64,000 nucleotides of DNA from Candidatus Eiseniibacteriota bacterium (GCA_963702435.1 CAVPCR010000003.1:416001-480000); one strand, 5' to 3'; numbered from the stretch's first letter, positions 1 to 12,961 are shown. Notes: generated by a model not told the origin, from the letters alone. Numbers and translations are program-made.

Positions 1-1135
<1,135 letters not shown>

Positions 1136-1408
1136 GAACAAAAGGCGCTCGATCACTCGACATTTCCTTCGCCAATGCAAGAAGCATTGCGAAGATCCGT
1201 CATCCCGGTATGCAGTTGTCAAAGATCATCGCCCCCGGACCCACACAAGCCCTCACGGGCTCGAGCCGCAGGCATCGGCGACCGATCCGGCCGCTTCGCG
1301 CGCTCCGCGCTCGGTGCGGGTGCAGGGGACACGAAAATCTTGGGTCGTGGTTGGGCGGCGTTTCCGCCGGCCCGCGCCGGTGAGAACCGGGGGCCGTGCG
1401 AGCCTAAC

Positions 1409-1484
1409 TGGTGGAGATTACCGGGATCGAACCGGTGGCCTCCGGCTTGCAAAGCCGGCGCTCTCCCAACTGAGCTAAATCCCC
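1409..1484 (-). tRNA. tRNA-Ala(TGC)
   Basis: GGGGATTTAGCTCAGTTGGGAGAGCGCCGGCTTTGCAAGCCGG...TTCGATCC...CTCCACCA, in the ITS. Confidence 0.98.
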
Positions 1485-1534
1485 GACGCCTGGGTCCTGA
1501 TCCCGGCCCGCGGCTGTACCCGGCCGGCTCAAGC

Positions 1535-1611
<77 letters not shown>

Positions 1612-1788
1612 AACCATAGTGGGACCGGGCTCATCCGGTCGGCAGTCTGCGCGGGCCGAGGCTCCATCCCCGCCGCTTCCGAGCGACGAGGACCGCCACC
1701 ACGAACATCGAATAGCGCGCCGGCCGTCTGAAGTGCTCAGACGGAACCGATCGACCTGTGAGCTCTACGAGCCCGAGGCTCGATGGCT

Positions 1789-3353
<1,565 letters not shown>

Positions 3354-3515
3354 AAAAAACGGTGCCTTTAACAGCCTGGAGCCACCCGATGGCGACTCCA
3401 AGAGTCTGGCAAGGTTCTCGTGAGCCCTTCTCGGAACGTTACCGAGTCGGTCCGTTCTTCTGAAGGGCATCGGTTTCGCTTCACCCTTCAGACGGACCGG
3501 CGTGCGCTATTCGAA

Positions 3516-3526
3516 TGTCAAAGATC
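3516..3526 (-). promoter_or_regulatory. boxA-like antitermination element in rrn leader (second copy in ITS near 1216-1228)
   Basis: GATCTTTGACA occurs in the leader and again just before the 23S. Confidence 0.65.
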
Positions 3527-3566
3527 GTTGAACGCCGGTTTTCGACCAGCGTAGAGCCGAAGAGTG

Positions 3567-3595
3567 AACTTACCCAGCCCGCGACAGCGAGTCAA
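3567..3595 (-). promoter_or_regulatory. rrn proximal sigma70 promoter
   Basis: TTGACT-17nt-TAAGTT. Confidence 0.7.
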
Positions 3596-3670
3596 GTCCT
3601 TTTTCGAGAAGCCGTCCCGGCCCCCCGATGCGACCGTAAGCGCTGGACCTGGTGCTGATTAGCGGGACCC

Positions 3671-3700
3671 GGACTGGACCGGACCGGACCGGACCGGACC
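3671..3700. repeat. pentanucleotide microsatellite (GGACC)n
   Basis: ggact followed by five perfect ggacc units, between the two rrn promoters. Confidence 0.9.
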
Positions 3701-3750
3701 GAATCCTCGGCCGGGGCCGTCCACGGGCATCTCACTTCCGAGCGCGGGAG

Positions 3751-3780
3751 AATGTAGGGGCCGACGCCCTCCGGCGTCAA
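3751..3780 (-). promoter_or_regulatory. rrn distal sigma70 promoter
   Basis: TTGACG-18nt-TACATT. Confidence 0.6.
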
Positions 3781-3893
3781 GGGGAATCTCGCCCCCTGTC
3801 GCGACGGGCGCGACGCCCCGGCGCCCCCACCGGCCGGCGGGACCGGTCCCCGCCTTGACCCCTCTCCACGGCCCCGGTACCGTGCGCTCGAGC

Positions 3894-6011
3894 ATGCATC
3901 GATCATCGCGTCGCCATCTCTTTCACCTGGCTGTACTCCTCGGCTTCTGCCTGCTCGGCGTCTTCGTCGCCGGTTTCCGCTGGGTCGACCGCCACCTGCC
4001 CTCGCCCTACCGGCTGCGCGACATCCAGCCGCCCCAGAAGACGATCGTGCTTGATATCCACGAGGAGGTCGTGCACGAGTTCTTCCGCGAGAACCGCGAT
4101 GTGGTGCCGCTCTCCGCCATCCCGAAGCCGCTCGTCGCGGCGATCCTCGCCACCGAGGACCGCAAGTTCTACGAGCACTGGGGCGTCGATGTGTTCGGCG
4201 TGCTGCGCGCGGTCACCAAGAACGTGCGCACCGGGCGACTCCGCGAGGGGGGCTCCACGATCACGCAGCAGCTCGCGAAGAATCTCTTCCTCACCCACGA
4301 CCGCACCTGGCGCCGGAAACTGCAGGAGCTCGTGCTCGCGCTCCGCATCGAGCGCATCTACTCGAAGGACGAGATCCTCGAGCTGTACCTGAACCAGGTG
4401 TACTTCGGCGAGGGGGCCTACGGCGTGCAGGCCGCCGCGCGCATCTTCTTCGGCAAGGACGTGAGCGATCTCGACCTGGCGGAGAGCGCGCTCCTGGCGG
4501 GGCTCCCCGGAAACCCGCGCGAGTTCAATCCGCGCGTGTATCCGGAGGCGGCGGTCCGCCGGCGGAAGGTCGTGCTCAACGCGATGATCGAGACCGGCGC
4601 GATCGGCAAGGAGGACGCAAACTCGATCGACGCCCTCCCGCTCGCGGTCACCGAGATGCGCGACGCCTCGGCGGTGGGGCCGTACTTCGTCGAGGTCGTC
4701 CGCCAGTACCTCACCGACCGCTACGGCTCGAAGGAGCTCTACGAGGGCGGGCTGCGCGTCTACACGACGCTCGACATCGAGCTGCAGAAGGCGGCCGAAG
4801 CCGCAGTCGAACGCCGGCTCGTCGAGCTCGAGAAGCAGGTGCGCACGGTGGAGACCCGCGCCGGATACGAGACCAGGGTCGCCGCAGCCGCGGCCGCCGA
4901 AGCCGAACCGCCGGTCCCCAAGTACCTGCAGGGCGCGCTCGTCTGCATGGAGGCGCGCACCGGTTACGTGAACGCCATGGTCGGTGGTCGCAGCTTTCGC
5001 GAGAGCCCTTTCAACCGGGCCATGCAGGCTCAGCGCCAGCCGGGCTCCGCGTTCAAGCCCTTCATCTACACGGCCGCGATCGACAACGGCTTTCGCGCCT
5101 CGGACCTGGTCCTCGACACGCCGGTCGTCTTCCAGGGCGCGAGCCGCGGCCAGGAGTGGCGCCCGCAGAACTACTCCGGCACCTACTCCGGGCCGATGAC
5201 GCTGCGCTACGCGCTCAAGAAGTCGGTCAACATCCCGGCGATCAAGCTCATGAAACAGGTCGGCATCTCGACCGTGGCGAGCTACGCGCGGCGCCTCGGG
5301 ATCACGAGCCCGATCCAGCACGTTCTCTCCACGGCGCTCGGGACGAGCGAGGTATCGCTCATCGAGCTGACCGCCGCCTACACGGCCTTCGCCAACCAGG
5401 GCATCCACTCGGAGCCGCTGTTCGTGCTGCGCGTCGAGGACCGGAGCGGCCAGGTGCTCGAGACCAACGCCGGCCAGAGCGAGGAGGTGCTGAGCGCCGA
5501 GACCACCGGCATCATCACCGACATGCTCGAGGACGTGCTCGACTCGGGAACCGCCGCCGGCGCGCGCGCACGCGGCTTCACGCAGCCAGCCGCGGGCAAG
5601 ACGGGCACCACCGACAACTACAACAACGGGTGGTTCATCGGCTTCACCCCGGAGCTCGTCTGCGGCGTGTGGGTGGGCTACGACTCGAACGTGACCATGG
5701 GCGACGCCATGGAGGGGGCGCGCGTCGCACTGCCGATCTGGACCGACTTCATGATCGCAGCGACTCGCGACCGCCCGGCCGCCGCCTTCCGCGTTCCGTC
5801 CACGCTCGTCACCGTGCGCGTTTGCAGCGAGTCCGGGATGCCGGCGATCGACGGCGCCTGCCCGGAGACCTACCTCGAGATCTTCAAGGCGGGTACCGCA
5901 CCGGACAACCCGTGCACCTTCCACGGCGTGGGCGGCGGCAGCCTGGACGCCGGGCCAAATCCGCAGTCCGGAGAGGACGTGATCCGCTCCGGGCTCGGTC
6001 CGCCGCACTGA
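3894..6011 (+). CDS. mrcA: class A penicillin-binding protein (PBP1A family)
   Basis: N-terminal TM helix; transglycosylase EDRKFYEHWG and GGSTITQQLAKN; transpeptidase SAFK, SVN, KTG. Confidence 0.93.
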   Translation: MHRSSRRHLFHLAVLLGFCLLGVFVAGFRWVDRHLPSPYRLRDIQPPQKTIVLDIHEEVVHEFFRENRDVVPLSAIPKPLVAAILATEDRKFYEHWGVDVFGVLRAVTKNVRTGRLREGGSTITQQLAKNLFLTHDRTWRRKLQELVLALRIERIYSKDEILELYLNQVYFGEGAYGVQAAARIFFGKDVSDLDLAESALLAGLPGNPREFNPRVYPEAAVRRRKVVLNAMIETGAIGKEDANSIDALPLAVTEMRDASAVGPYFVEVVRQYLTDRYGSKELYEGGLRVYTTLDIELQKAAEAAVERRLVELEKQVRTVETRAGYETRVAAAAAAEAEPPVPKYLQGALVCMEARTGYVNAMVGGRSFRESPFNRAMQAQRQPGSAFKPFIYTAAIDNGFRASDLVLDTPVVFQGASRGQEWRPQNYSGTYSGPMTLRYALKKSVNIPAIKLMKQVGISTVASYARRLGITSPIQHVLSTALGTSEVSLIELTAAYTAFANQGIHSEPLFVLRVEDRSGQVLETNAGQSEEVLSAETTGIITDMLEDVLDSGTAAGARARGFTQPAAGKTGTTDNYNNGWFIGFTPELVCGVWVGYDSNVTMGDAMEGARVALPIWTDFMIAATRDRPAAAFRVPSTLVTVRVCSESGMPAIDGACPETYLEIFKAGTAPDNPCTFHGVGGGSLDAGPNPQSGEDVIRSGLGPPH

Positions 6012-6042
6012 TCGGGCGCATGACGTGCGAGGTGTCGGCTGC

Positions 6043-6147
6043 GCGGCTACGCGGCTACGCGGCTACGCGGCCCCGCGACCCCGCGACCCCGCGAGTGCGC
6101 GGCTACGCGGCCCCGCGACCGCCGAGCGGCTGGCGGCTAGCGGCTAG
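6043..6147. repeat. degenerate 8-nt tandem repeats (GCGGCTAC/GCGACCCC)
   Basis: gcggctac x3, then gcg(g/a)cccc x3, and further copies, between convergent genes. Confidence 0.8.
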
Positions 6148-7373
6148 CCGCCGGCCTGCCGCGCCGCGTGCGGCACGCCGACCGCATACTCGACCGGGTG
6201 TCCGGCCGGTCCCTGGCGCCGCTCGCCGATCAGGGTCGTCACCTTCACGGTCGCCGCGCCTCGCCGGAAGACGCGCGGGACGCGCTTCCCGATCGAGCAC
6301 ATGATGTCGTAGGGGATGGTGCCGGAGATGGCGGCCACCTCCTCGATCGAGATCGCGGCGCTTCCCTGCTCGCCGAAGAGGACGACCTCGTCCTCGACCT
6401 GCGCGTCCGGCACGCGCTCGAGATCGACCATCGTCATGTCCATGGTGACGCGTCCGACGACCGGCACCCGGCACCCGCGCACGAGCATCTCGCCGCGATT
6501 GGAGAGCTCCCGGCTCAGGCCGTGGCCGTAGCCCACGGCGACGACCCCGATCCGCATCGGACGCGGAGTGATGAACGTGCGCGCGTAGCTCACCGGGTGG
6601 CCGGCGGGAAGCTCCCGCACCTGGAGGAGCCGCGTGCGGAAGGACATGACGGGGCGCACGGCGAGGGCCGGCGGGGTGCCGCGCGGCTTGAGTCCGTAGG
6701 CGAGCAGCCCGGGCCGCACGAGGTCGCAGGCGGCCGCCGGGAGGCGGGCGAGCGCCGCCGAGTTCGCTGCGTGGAGGAGCGGGATCCGGTGGCCGGCCAC
6801 CGCCAGCTCCTCGCACACGGCGCGGAAGCGCTCGATCTGACCCTCGGCAAAGGTCAGGTTGGGACCGTCGGCATCCGGGAAGTGCGTGTAGAGGCCCTCG
6901 AGCCGGAGCGCCGGCTCGGCGGCGACGAGGCGGACGAGCGGCAGCGCTTCGTCCGGGGTGACACCGCTCCGCCCCATTCCGGTGTCCACCTCGACATGCA
7001 CCTGAGTGACATGTCCGGCGGCGGCGGCGGCGCGGGCCAGCTCGCGCACGAAGTCCTGGCGATTCACCGTGCTGGCGAGCCCATGCTCGACGATCTCGGC
7101 CGCCTCGCCGATCAGGCTCGGCGACAGGATGAGGATGGGCGATCCGACCCCGGCACGGCGGAGCTCGATCCCCTCGTGCAGCGTGGCGACGCCGAGCATC
7201 TCGACGCCGGCCGCCAGCGCCTCGCGCGCCACATCCACCGCCCCGTGCCCGTAGGCATCCGCCTTGACCACGAGGAGGATCTTCTGGCCGCTCAGGGAAA
7301 GGCGAATCAGGTCCAGGTTCTGTCGCAGCTGGTCGAGATCGATCTCGACCCAGGCCGGAAAGGCAGTCGTCAT
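6144..7373 (-). CDS. alr: alanine racemase
   Basis: AWVEIDL, VVKADAYGHG (PLP lysine), GRVTMD, GTIPYDI. Confidence 0.96.
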   Translation of the reverse strand: MTTAFPAWVEIDLDQLRQNLDLIRLSLSGQKILLVVKADAYGHGAVDVAREALAAGVEMLGVATLHEGIELRRAGVGSPILILSPSLIGEAAEIVEHGLASTVNRQDFVRELARAAAAAGHVTQVHVEVDTGMGRSGVTPDEALPLVRLVAAEPALRLEGLYTHFPDADGPNLTFAEGQIERFRAVCEELAVAGHRIPLLHAANSAALARLPAAACDLVRPGLLAYGLKPRGTPPALAVRPVMSFRTRLLQVRELPAGHPVSYARTFITPRPMRIGVVAVGYGHGLSRELSNRGEMLVRGCRVPVVGRVTMDMTMVDLERVPDAQVEDEVVLFGEQGSAAISIEEVAAISGTIPYDIMCSIGKRVPRVFRRGAATVKVTTLIGERRQGPAGHPVEYAVGVPHAARQAGG

Positions 7374-7537
7374 CTTGGTCCCGGGTGGTGGCCGGCTCGC
7401 CGGATGTGGGGCACCCTGACGATCGCACGCCGGGCGCCGCGCCAGCGCCCGCTGTGGTGTTAGCACAGGCGACCGCCGCGAGGCAAGGACGCGAAGTCCG
7501 CTCACGATCCGCAGCGTCTCCGTGCTAGCGTAGGTCG

Positions 7538-8506
7538 ATGATGAACGAGAATGACCTGCCGCCGCAGCCGCATGCCGCTGCGGCGGCCGCATCCGACGGC
7601 GCCGCCGCGGCCGCTAGCGCCGGCGCCGCACCCGTCGCTCAATCCGGTTCTCCTCCCCTGCCTGCGCTCCCGGCGCCGGCGCCCGCGGAGCACGACGCGT
7701 TTGCCGCGCTCCTCGGCCTCGTCCGCCGGCTCCGCGCTCCGGACGGCTGCCCCTGGGATCGGGAGCAGACGCTCCACACGATGACGCCGTACATCATCGA
7801 GGAAGCGTACGAAGTGATCGACGCCATCGAGCGCGACGACGCTCCGCACCTCGGTGAGGAGCTCGGCGATCTCCTCTTCCTCCTCTTCTTCTGCGCCGAG
7901 ATCGGGCGCGAGGAGGGCCGCTTCCGGATCGAGGACGTGCTGCTCGGACACGTGCGCAAGATGGTCGCCCGCCATCCCCACGTCTTCCTGAACCAGGGCT
8001 CGCTCGGCGCCGGCAAGGCCGCCCAGCAGTGGGAGGAGATCAAGCAGGAAGAGGGAGGCGGGAACCGTTCGGTCGTGGACGGACGGCTGCCCTCCCTGCC
8101 GGGGCTGACCGCTGCCTACCGCGTGCAGGAGAAGGCGGCCGCCGTCGGCTTCGACTGGGCCGAGGTCGCGGGCGCTCTCGACAAGCTCGAGGAGGAGATC
8201 GGGGAGCTCCGGGCCGCGCTCGCGCCGGGAGACCCGGCGCGCAAGGCCGCGGCGCCCGGGGCGGCCGAGCGCGAGGAGATCGGAGATCTCCTCTTCTCGA
8301 TCGTCAATGTCGCCCGCCGGCTCCGCATCGATCCGGAAGCGGCGCTCCGCGGCACGACGGCCAAGTTCATGCGCCGCTTCCGCTACGTCGAGGAGCGCCT
8401 GGCCCTGACCGGCACCCGGCCCTCCGCTGCGACGCTCGCCGAGATGGACCGCCTGTGGGAGGAGGCGAAGGCGCGCGAGTCGCGCGGCGAGTCGCTCGCC
8501 GGCTAG
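7538..8506 (+). CDS. mazG: MazG nucleoside triphosphate pyrophosphohydrolase
   Basis: LRAPDGCPWDREQT, EEAYEV, EELGDLL; second domain EEIGDLLF. Confidence 0.95.
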   Translation: MMNENDLPPQPHAAAAAASDGAAAAASAGAAPVAQSGSPPLPALPAPAPAEHDAFAALLGLVRRLRAPDGCPWDREQTLHTMTPYIIEEAYEVIDAIERDDAPHLGEELGDLLFLLFFCAEIGREEGRFRIEDVLLGHVRKMVARHPHVFLNQGSLGAGKAAQQWEEIKQEEGGGNRSVVDGRLPSLPGLTAAYRVQEKAAAVGFDWAEVAGALDKLEEEIGELRAALAPGDPARKAAAPGAAEREEIGDLLFSIVNVARRLRIDPEAALRGTTAKFMRRFRYVEERLALTGTRPSAATLAEMDRLWEEAKARESRGESLAG

Positions 8507-8520
8507 CCCGCGCCGCCGTT

Positions 8521-8618
8521 CCGCGGTCCGCTGCCGCGGTTCGCTCCCGCATCCCGCGCTCCGCTTGCACGCTCCGCGCTCCGCTTGCACGCTCCGCGCT
8601 CCGCGGTCCGCTGCCGCG
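8521..8618. repeat. intergenic compound direct repeat
   Basis: 18-nt ccgcggtccgctgccgcg at 8521 and 8601 flanks 2.5 copies of 20-nt cgcgctccgcttgcacgctc. Confidence 0.85.
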
Positions 8619-8622
8619 CGAC

Positions 8623-10011
8623 TCAGACCGGGTAGGCCGTCCCCAGCTCGGGAATCAAGGCGTCGCTCGCCCCGCGCGCCTTGAGCTCCGCGGCGAGGGC
8701 CTCGGACTGATCCGCATCTCCGTGAACGATGAAGACCCGCTTCCCGGGATCCGATCGGTGGAGGATCCACTCGAGTAGATCGCGCTGATCTGCGTGCGCT
8801 GACAGCGAGTTCAGGACCTTGACGCGCGCGCGCACCCGGTGCGGCTCGCCGAAGATGCGCACCTCCTGGTCCTTCTCGACCAGCCGCCGGCCCAGGGTCC
8901 CGTGCGCCTGGTAGCCGACGATGAGGATCGTGTTCCGCGTGTCGCCGATCGAGTTCCTGAGATGGTGCAGGATGCGGCCCGTCTCCGCCATGCCGGATGC
9001 CGAGATGATGACCATGGGGCCGCGCTTCTCGTTCAGGGCCTTTGAGTCCTCGACGTGGCGGATGTACGTCATGTTGTGAAAGCCGAAAGGCTGCCCGCCG
9101 GCCTCGATCATCTTGCGGATGTCATCGTCGTAGCATTCGGGGTGCAGGCGGTAGATCTCGGTGACGTCGACCGTGAGCGGGCTGTCCACATAGATCGGCA
9201 GCACCGGGATCCGCTTCTCCTCCTGCAGCCGCGAGATGATGTAGACGAGATCCTGGGCGCGGCCGACCGCGAAGCTGGGCACGATCACCTTGCTGCCCTG
9301 ATCGGCGGCTGCGATGAGGACCTGGGCGAGGTCCTCCCCTGCCTGCTCGAACGATTCGTGCAGGCGGCCGCCGTACGTGGACTCGGTGATGAGGACGTCC
9401 ATGCCGAGCGGGCGCTCGGGGTCACGGAGGATCGGCGTCTGGCGGCGGCCGAGATCGCCGGTGAATCCGATCCGTCGCTTGACGCCGCGCTCCTGGGCGT
9501 CGAGGACCACGACCGCCGAGCCGAGGATGTGCCCCGCGTCGTGGAAGGTGAGGCCCACATTGGGTGTGATCGGGACCCGGGTGTGATAGGGCACCGCGAT
9601 CATGCGCTCCATGATGCGGAGGACGTCCCCGTATTCGTAGAGCGGCTCGATCGGCGGCGCTTGCGGCCGGCGCTCCTTGTTCAGGAACTTGGCGTCCTGC
9701 TCCTGGATGTAGGCCGAGTCGCGGAGCATCGCCGAACAGAGATCGCGGCTCGCCGGCGTCGTGTAGACGACGCCGGAGAAGCCCTGGCGCGCGAGTTGCG
9801 GCAGGTTGCCGGAGTGATCGATGTGCGCGTGGGAGAGTACGACCACGTCGATCTCCCGGGGATCGAGCGGCAGGTGGCGATTCCGCCGGTTCGACTCCTC
9901 GCGGTGCCCCTGATAGAGCCCGCAGTCGAGGAGAATGCGCGATCCGTCGACCTCGAGGAGATGCATGGAGCCGGTGACCGTGCGCACGGCGCCGAGGAAG
10001 GTGAGCTTCAT
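8623..10011 (-). CDS. MBL-fold beta-CASP family hydrolase/ribonuclease
   Basis: LSHAHIDHSG, AGHILGS, ESTYG, SAHAD, VHGD. Confidence 0.92.
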   Translation of the reverse strand: MKLTFLGAVRTVTGSMHLLEVDGSRILLDCGLYQGHREESNRRNRHLPLDPREIDVVVLSHAHIDHSGNLPQLARQGFSGVVYTTPASRDLCSAMLRDSAYIQEQDAKFLNKERRPQAPPIEPLYEYGDVLRIMERMIAVPYHTRVPITPNVGLTFHDAGHILGSAVVVLDAQERGVKRRIGFTGDLGRRQTPILRDPERPLGMDVLITESTYGGRLHESFEQAGEDLAQVLIAAADQGSKVIVPSFAVGRAQDLVYIISRLQEEKRIPVLPIYVDSPLTVDVTEIYRLHPECYDDDIRKMIEAGGQPFGFHNMTYIRHVEDSKALNEKRGPMVIISASGMAETGRILHHLRNSIGDTRNTILIVGYQAHGTLGRRLVEKDQEVRIFGEPHRVRARVKVLNSLSAHADQRDLLEWILHRSDPGKRVFIVHGDADQSEALAAELKARGASDALIPELGTAYPV

Positions 10012-11582
10012 GGAGTCTTCTCCGGGGTCGGGGGCTGTGGACCGGGTGCGGGGGGTGTGGCGGGCGCCGCAGCCGGGGGTACGGCGGGCACGGCATCCGG
10101 GGGCGTTCGGGTGCCCCCATCCGGGGGCGTTCGGGTGCCCCCATCCGGGGGCGTCGGGGTCCCCGCATCCGGGGCGGGAGCGCCGGAGTCCGGCGGCGCA
10201 CCCGCGGCGCCGCCCGGCTCCGGACAGCCATCGTCGTCCTCGAACCCGTCCATGTCCTCGGGCGACCGCGGGCAGTCGTCGCTCCGGTCCGGTATCAGGT
10301 CGCCGTCGTCGTCGAGGTCCGGACAGCCGTCGGCATCCGCGTAGCCGTCCCGATCCTCTGCCTCGTTCGGACAGGCGTCGGCTGCGTCAGGAACGCCGTC
10401 CCCATCGTTGTCCGCATCGGGACAGCCATCGCCGTCGGCGAAGCCGTCCCGGTCCTCCGCCGCACCCGGGCAGCGATCGTGAACGTCGCCGACGCCGTCC
10501 CCGTCGCGATCGGCATCCCGCAGCACGAGATCGGTGCCGATCCGGATGCGGATCGCCCACTCCGGATAGATGAGGCGCGGGTCGAAGGCGGTGGCGTCGT
10601 CGTCCGCCGCGAGCAGAAAATCGGCCGCGACCCCGACCTCGGCTCCGGCGACGCGGAGCGCGAAACCGGGGCTCAGGCACTGCGGCGACTCGCCCGGCGA
10701 GATGGTGTCGCCGGCGTCGAGGAGGCGCGGCCGCTCGTACTCGAAGCAGAGCCCCGCGCGCCCATGGACCAGCGAGAGGTCGAAGCGCAGGTCGAGACGA
10801 TCGTGCGCCGTCGTGCCCAGCGTGAGGAACGGCATCCGCTCGCGGAAGGGCAGGAAAGACCGATCCTCCTCGCTCGCGCCGCCGTCCACCCACGTGCCCT
10901 CGACATGCGCGTGGATCATCACCGGCGCATCGAGCCGGGTGAGGGCGACCGTGAGCCCGGCGCCGGCGAAGAGTCGCGTCGCGCCGGCGGAGAAGGGAGC
11001 GGCGGCCGGCCCGCCGCCTGCAGCGAACGAGGCATCGCTTCCGAGCGGGAGCCAGGCCCCCGCCGCCGCGCGAGCCCGCAGGCGCTCGCCGGCCACCGGG
11101 CGCGCGTAGGCGACCGCGACCTGGACATCCTCGAACCCGCTCTTGGCCTCGGCCGCCGCGATGTCCCCGGCCAGGAAGGACAGCCGGACGCTCGCGGTGA
11201 GGTCGGCGCCGAGGCCGTAGCCGAGGTCGAGACCGATGCGGTCCACGCGGCCGCCGGCAAGGAGGGCGAGGGCCGGGTCGGCGGCCTCGACCGCTCGATC
11301 CGGATAGGTGAACGCCTCGTACACGCTGCGCAGGCCGAGCACGCGCGGGGGAAGGGGCACCGCCGGCTCCGCGCGGACGAGCCGCCAGGGCGGCCAGGGC
11401 TGAGGAGCCAAGCGGTCGCGGAAGGCGATGACCTCACCATGCGCCGGGAGCGCCCCCGGTCCCAGGCCGAGACCGAGCTGAACGCAGAGCGCGAGGACGC
11501 CCCCGAGGAGCGCTCCGGCCGGGGCGCGATCGCGCGCCGGACCGCGCTCCGGCCGGACCGGCGCCGGGGCGCCTCGGCTCAT
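10008..11582 (-). CDS. exported protein with thrombospondin type-3 (Ca-binding) repeats and Pro-rich tail
   Basis: Signal-like N-terminus; repeated DxDGDGxxDxxDxCP and EDxDGxxDxDGCP; ATGA overlaps with both neighbours. Confidence 0.75.
   Translation of the reverse strand: MSRGAPAPVRPERGPARDRAPAGALLGGVLALCVQLGLGLGPGALPAHGEVIAFRDRLAPQPWPPWRLVRAEPAVPLPPRVLGLRSVYEAFTYPDRAVEAADPALALLAGGRVDRIGLDLGYGLGADLTASVRLSFLAGDIAAAEAKSGFEDVQVAVAYARPVAGERLRARAAAGAWLPLGSDASFAAGGGPAAAPFSAGATRLFAGAGLTVALTRLDAPVMIHAHVEGTWVDGGASEEDRSFLPFRERMPFLTLGTTAHDRLDLRFDLSLVHGRAGLCFEYERPRLLDAGDTISPGESPQCLSPGFALRVAGAEVGVAADFLLAADDDATAFDPRLIYPEWAIRIRIGTDLVLRDADRDGDGVGDVHDRCPGAAEDRDGFADGDGCPDADNDGDGVPDAADACPNEAEDRDGYADADGCPDLDDDGDLIPDRSDDCPRSPEDMDGFEDDDGCPEPGGAAGAPPDSGAPAPDAGTPTPPDGGTRTPPDGGTRTPPDAVPAVPPAAAPATPPAPGPQPPTPEKTP
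10094..10165. repeat. 24-nt coding tandem repeat x3 (PPDGGTRT)
   Basis: catccgggggcgttcgggtgcccc twice plus a variant copy. Confidence 0.9.
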
Positions 11583-12961
11583 CGCGCCATGACGGACGGC
11601 TCGACCTCCTCCAGACGGGCGGTGAAGTGGCGCAGCATGGGAGCCTCGTACGTCAGGCGGAGGCCGCGCACTTCGTGGCGCCGCTGCCAGAGCTCGATGA
11701 TCGAGTCGGCCACGTAGCGCATGTGCTGGGTCGTGTAGACCCGGCGCGGGATCGCGAGCCGCACGAGCTCGAGATCGGGATAGACGGGGCGGCCGTTCTC
11801 GGTCCGCCCGAACATGAGGCTTCCGATCTCGACCGAGCGAATGCCGCCCTCGACGTAGAGCGCCGCGGCGAGCGCCTGCGCCGGGAACTGCGGCTGCGGG
11901 ATGTCAGGCAGGAAGCGGCGGGCGTTCAGATAGACGGCATGACCGCCGGCCGGGCGCACGAGGGGAATGCCCGCCTGATCAAGCATCTCCCAGAGGTTCT
12001 TGACCTGGAACGTCCGGAAGCGAAGGTAGTCCTCCTCGAGCACCTCGGTGAGCCCGATGGCCATGGCTTCGAGATCGCGTCCCGCCAGGCCGCCATAGGT
12101 GGGAAAGCCCTCGACCAGGATGAGCAGGTTCTTGATCTGATCGGCCAGCGCGTCGTCGTTGACGCACAGGAACCCGCCGATGTTGACGAGCCCGTCCTTC
12201 TTGGCGCTCATCGTGCAACCCTGCGCGTACGAGAACATCTCGCGGGCGATGTCCTTGATCGAGCGGCCCCCGCAGCCCGGCTCCCGCTCCTTGATGAAGA
12301 AGCAGTTCTCGGCGAACCGGCATGCATCGAGGAACAGCGGGATGTCGTACCTCTCGAGCAGCTGCTTCGTCTCGCGGATGTTGGCGAGCGACACCGGCTG
12401 CCCGCCCCCCGAGTTGTTGGTCACGGTGATCATGACGAGCGGGATCGCCCCGCGCCCGTACTCGCCGATCACCCGTTCCAGCTTGGCGACATCCATGTTG
12501 CCCTTGAACGGATGCTCGGCATCGGGATCGAACGCCTCGGGGATGGCGCAGTCGAGAGCGCGCCCGCCGACATGCTCGACGTTGGCGCGGGTGGTGTCGA
12601 AGTGGATGTTGTTGGGCACGACCTTGCCCGGAGCCACGACCGTCGAGAAGAGGAGATGCTCCGCCACCCGCCCCTGGTGCGTGGGGATCACGTGCTTGAA
12701 TCCGAAGATGTCGCGCACCACCGACTGCAGGTGGAAGAAGTTCTGGCTTCCGGCGTAGGACTCGTCGCCCATCATGAGGCCGGCCCACTGCGCCTGGCTC
12801 ATGGCCGAGGTGCCCGAATCGGTGAGCAGATCGATGAAGATCTTGTCGGCCGGGACGCGGAACAGGTTGAAGCCGGCGTCCCGGATGGCCCGCATCCGCT
12901 CGTCCCGCGAGATCGAGCGGATCGGCTCGACGACCTTGATCTTGAATGGCTCGGTGAGCAT
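11579..12961 (-). CDS. tnaA: tryptophanase (beta-eliminating lyase)
   Basis: EPFKIKVVE, DLLTDSGT, MSAKKD; VEIGS (TnaA-like) rather than the MERG of tyrosine phenol-lyase; GGAGGAGG RBS. Confidence 0.88.
   Translation of the reverse strand: MLTEPFKIKVVEPIRSISRDERMRAIRDAGFNLFRVPADKIFIDLLTDSGTSAMSQAQWAGLMMGDESYAGSQNFFHLQSVVRDIFGFKHVIPTHQGRVAEHLLFSTVVAPGKVVPNNIHFDTTRANVEHVGGRALDCAIPEAFDPDAEHPFKGNMDVAKLERVIGEYGRGAIPLVMITVTNNSGGGQPVSLANIRETKQLLERYDIPLFLDACRFAENCFFIKEREPGCGGRSIKDIAREMFSYAQGCTMSAKKDGLVNIGGFLCVNDDALADQIKNLLILVEGFPTYGGLAGRDLEAMAIGLTEVLEEDYLRFRTFQVKNLWEMLDQAGIPLVRPAGGHAVYLNARRFLPDIPQPQFPAQALAAALYVEGGIRSVEIGSLMFGRTENGRPVYPDLELVRLAIPRRVYTTQHMRYVADSIIELWQRRHEVRGLRLTYEAPMLRHFTARLEEVEPSVMAR

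Noticed and set aside
3903..6008. Long antisense ORFs here and opposite tnaA, nrdJ, nuoL and thrS
   Set aside because: Typical stop-poor shadows of high-GC coding strands, with no recognisable motifs
11579..12961. Tyrosine phenol-lyase assignment
   Set aside because: Has SAKKD and VEIGS rather than the TPL-type SGKKD and MERG
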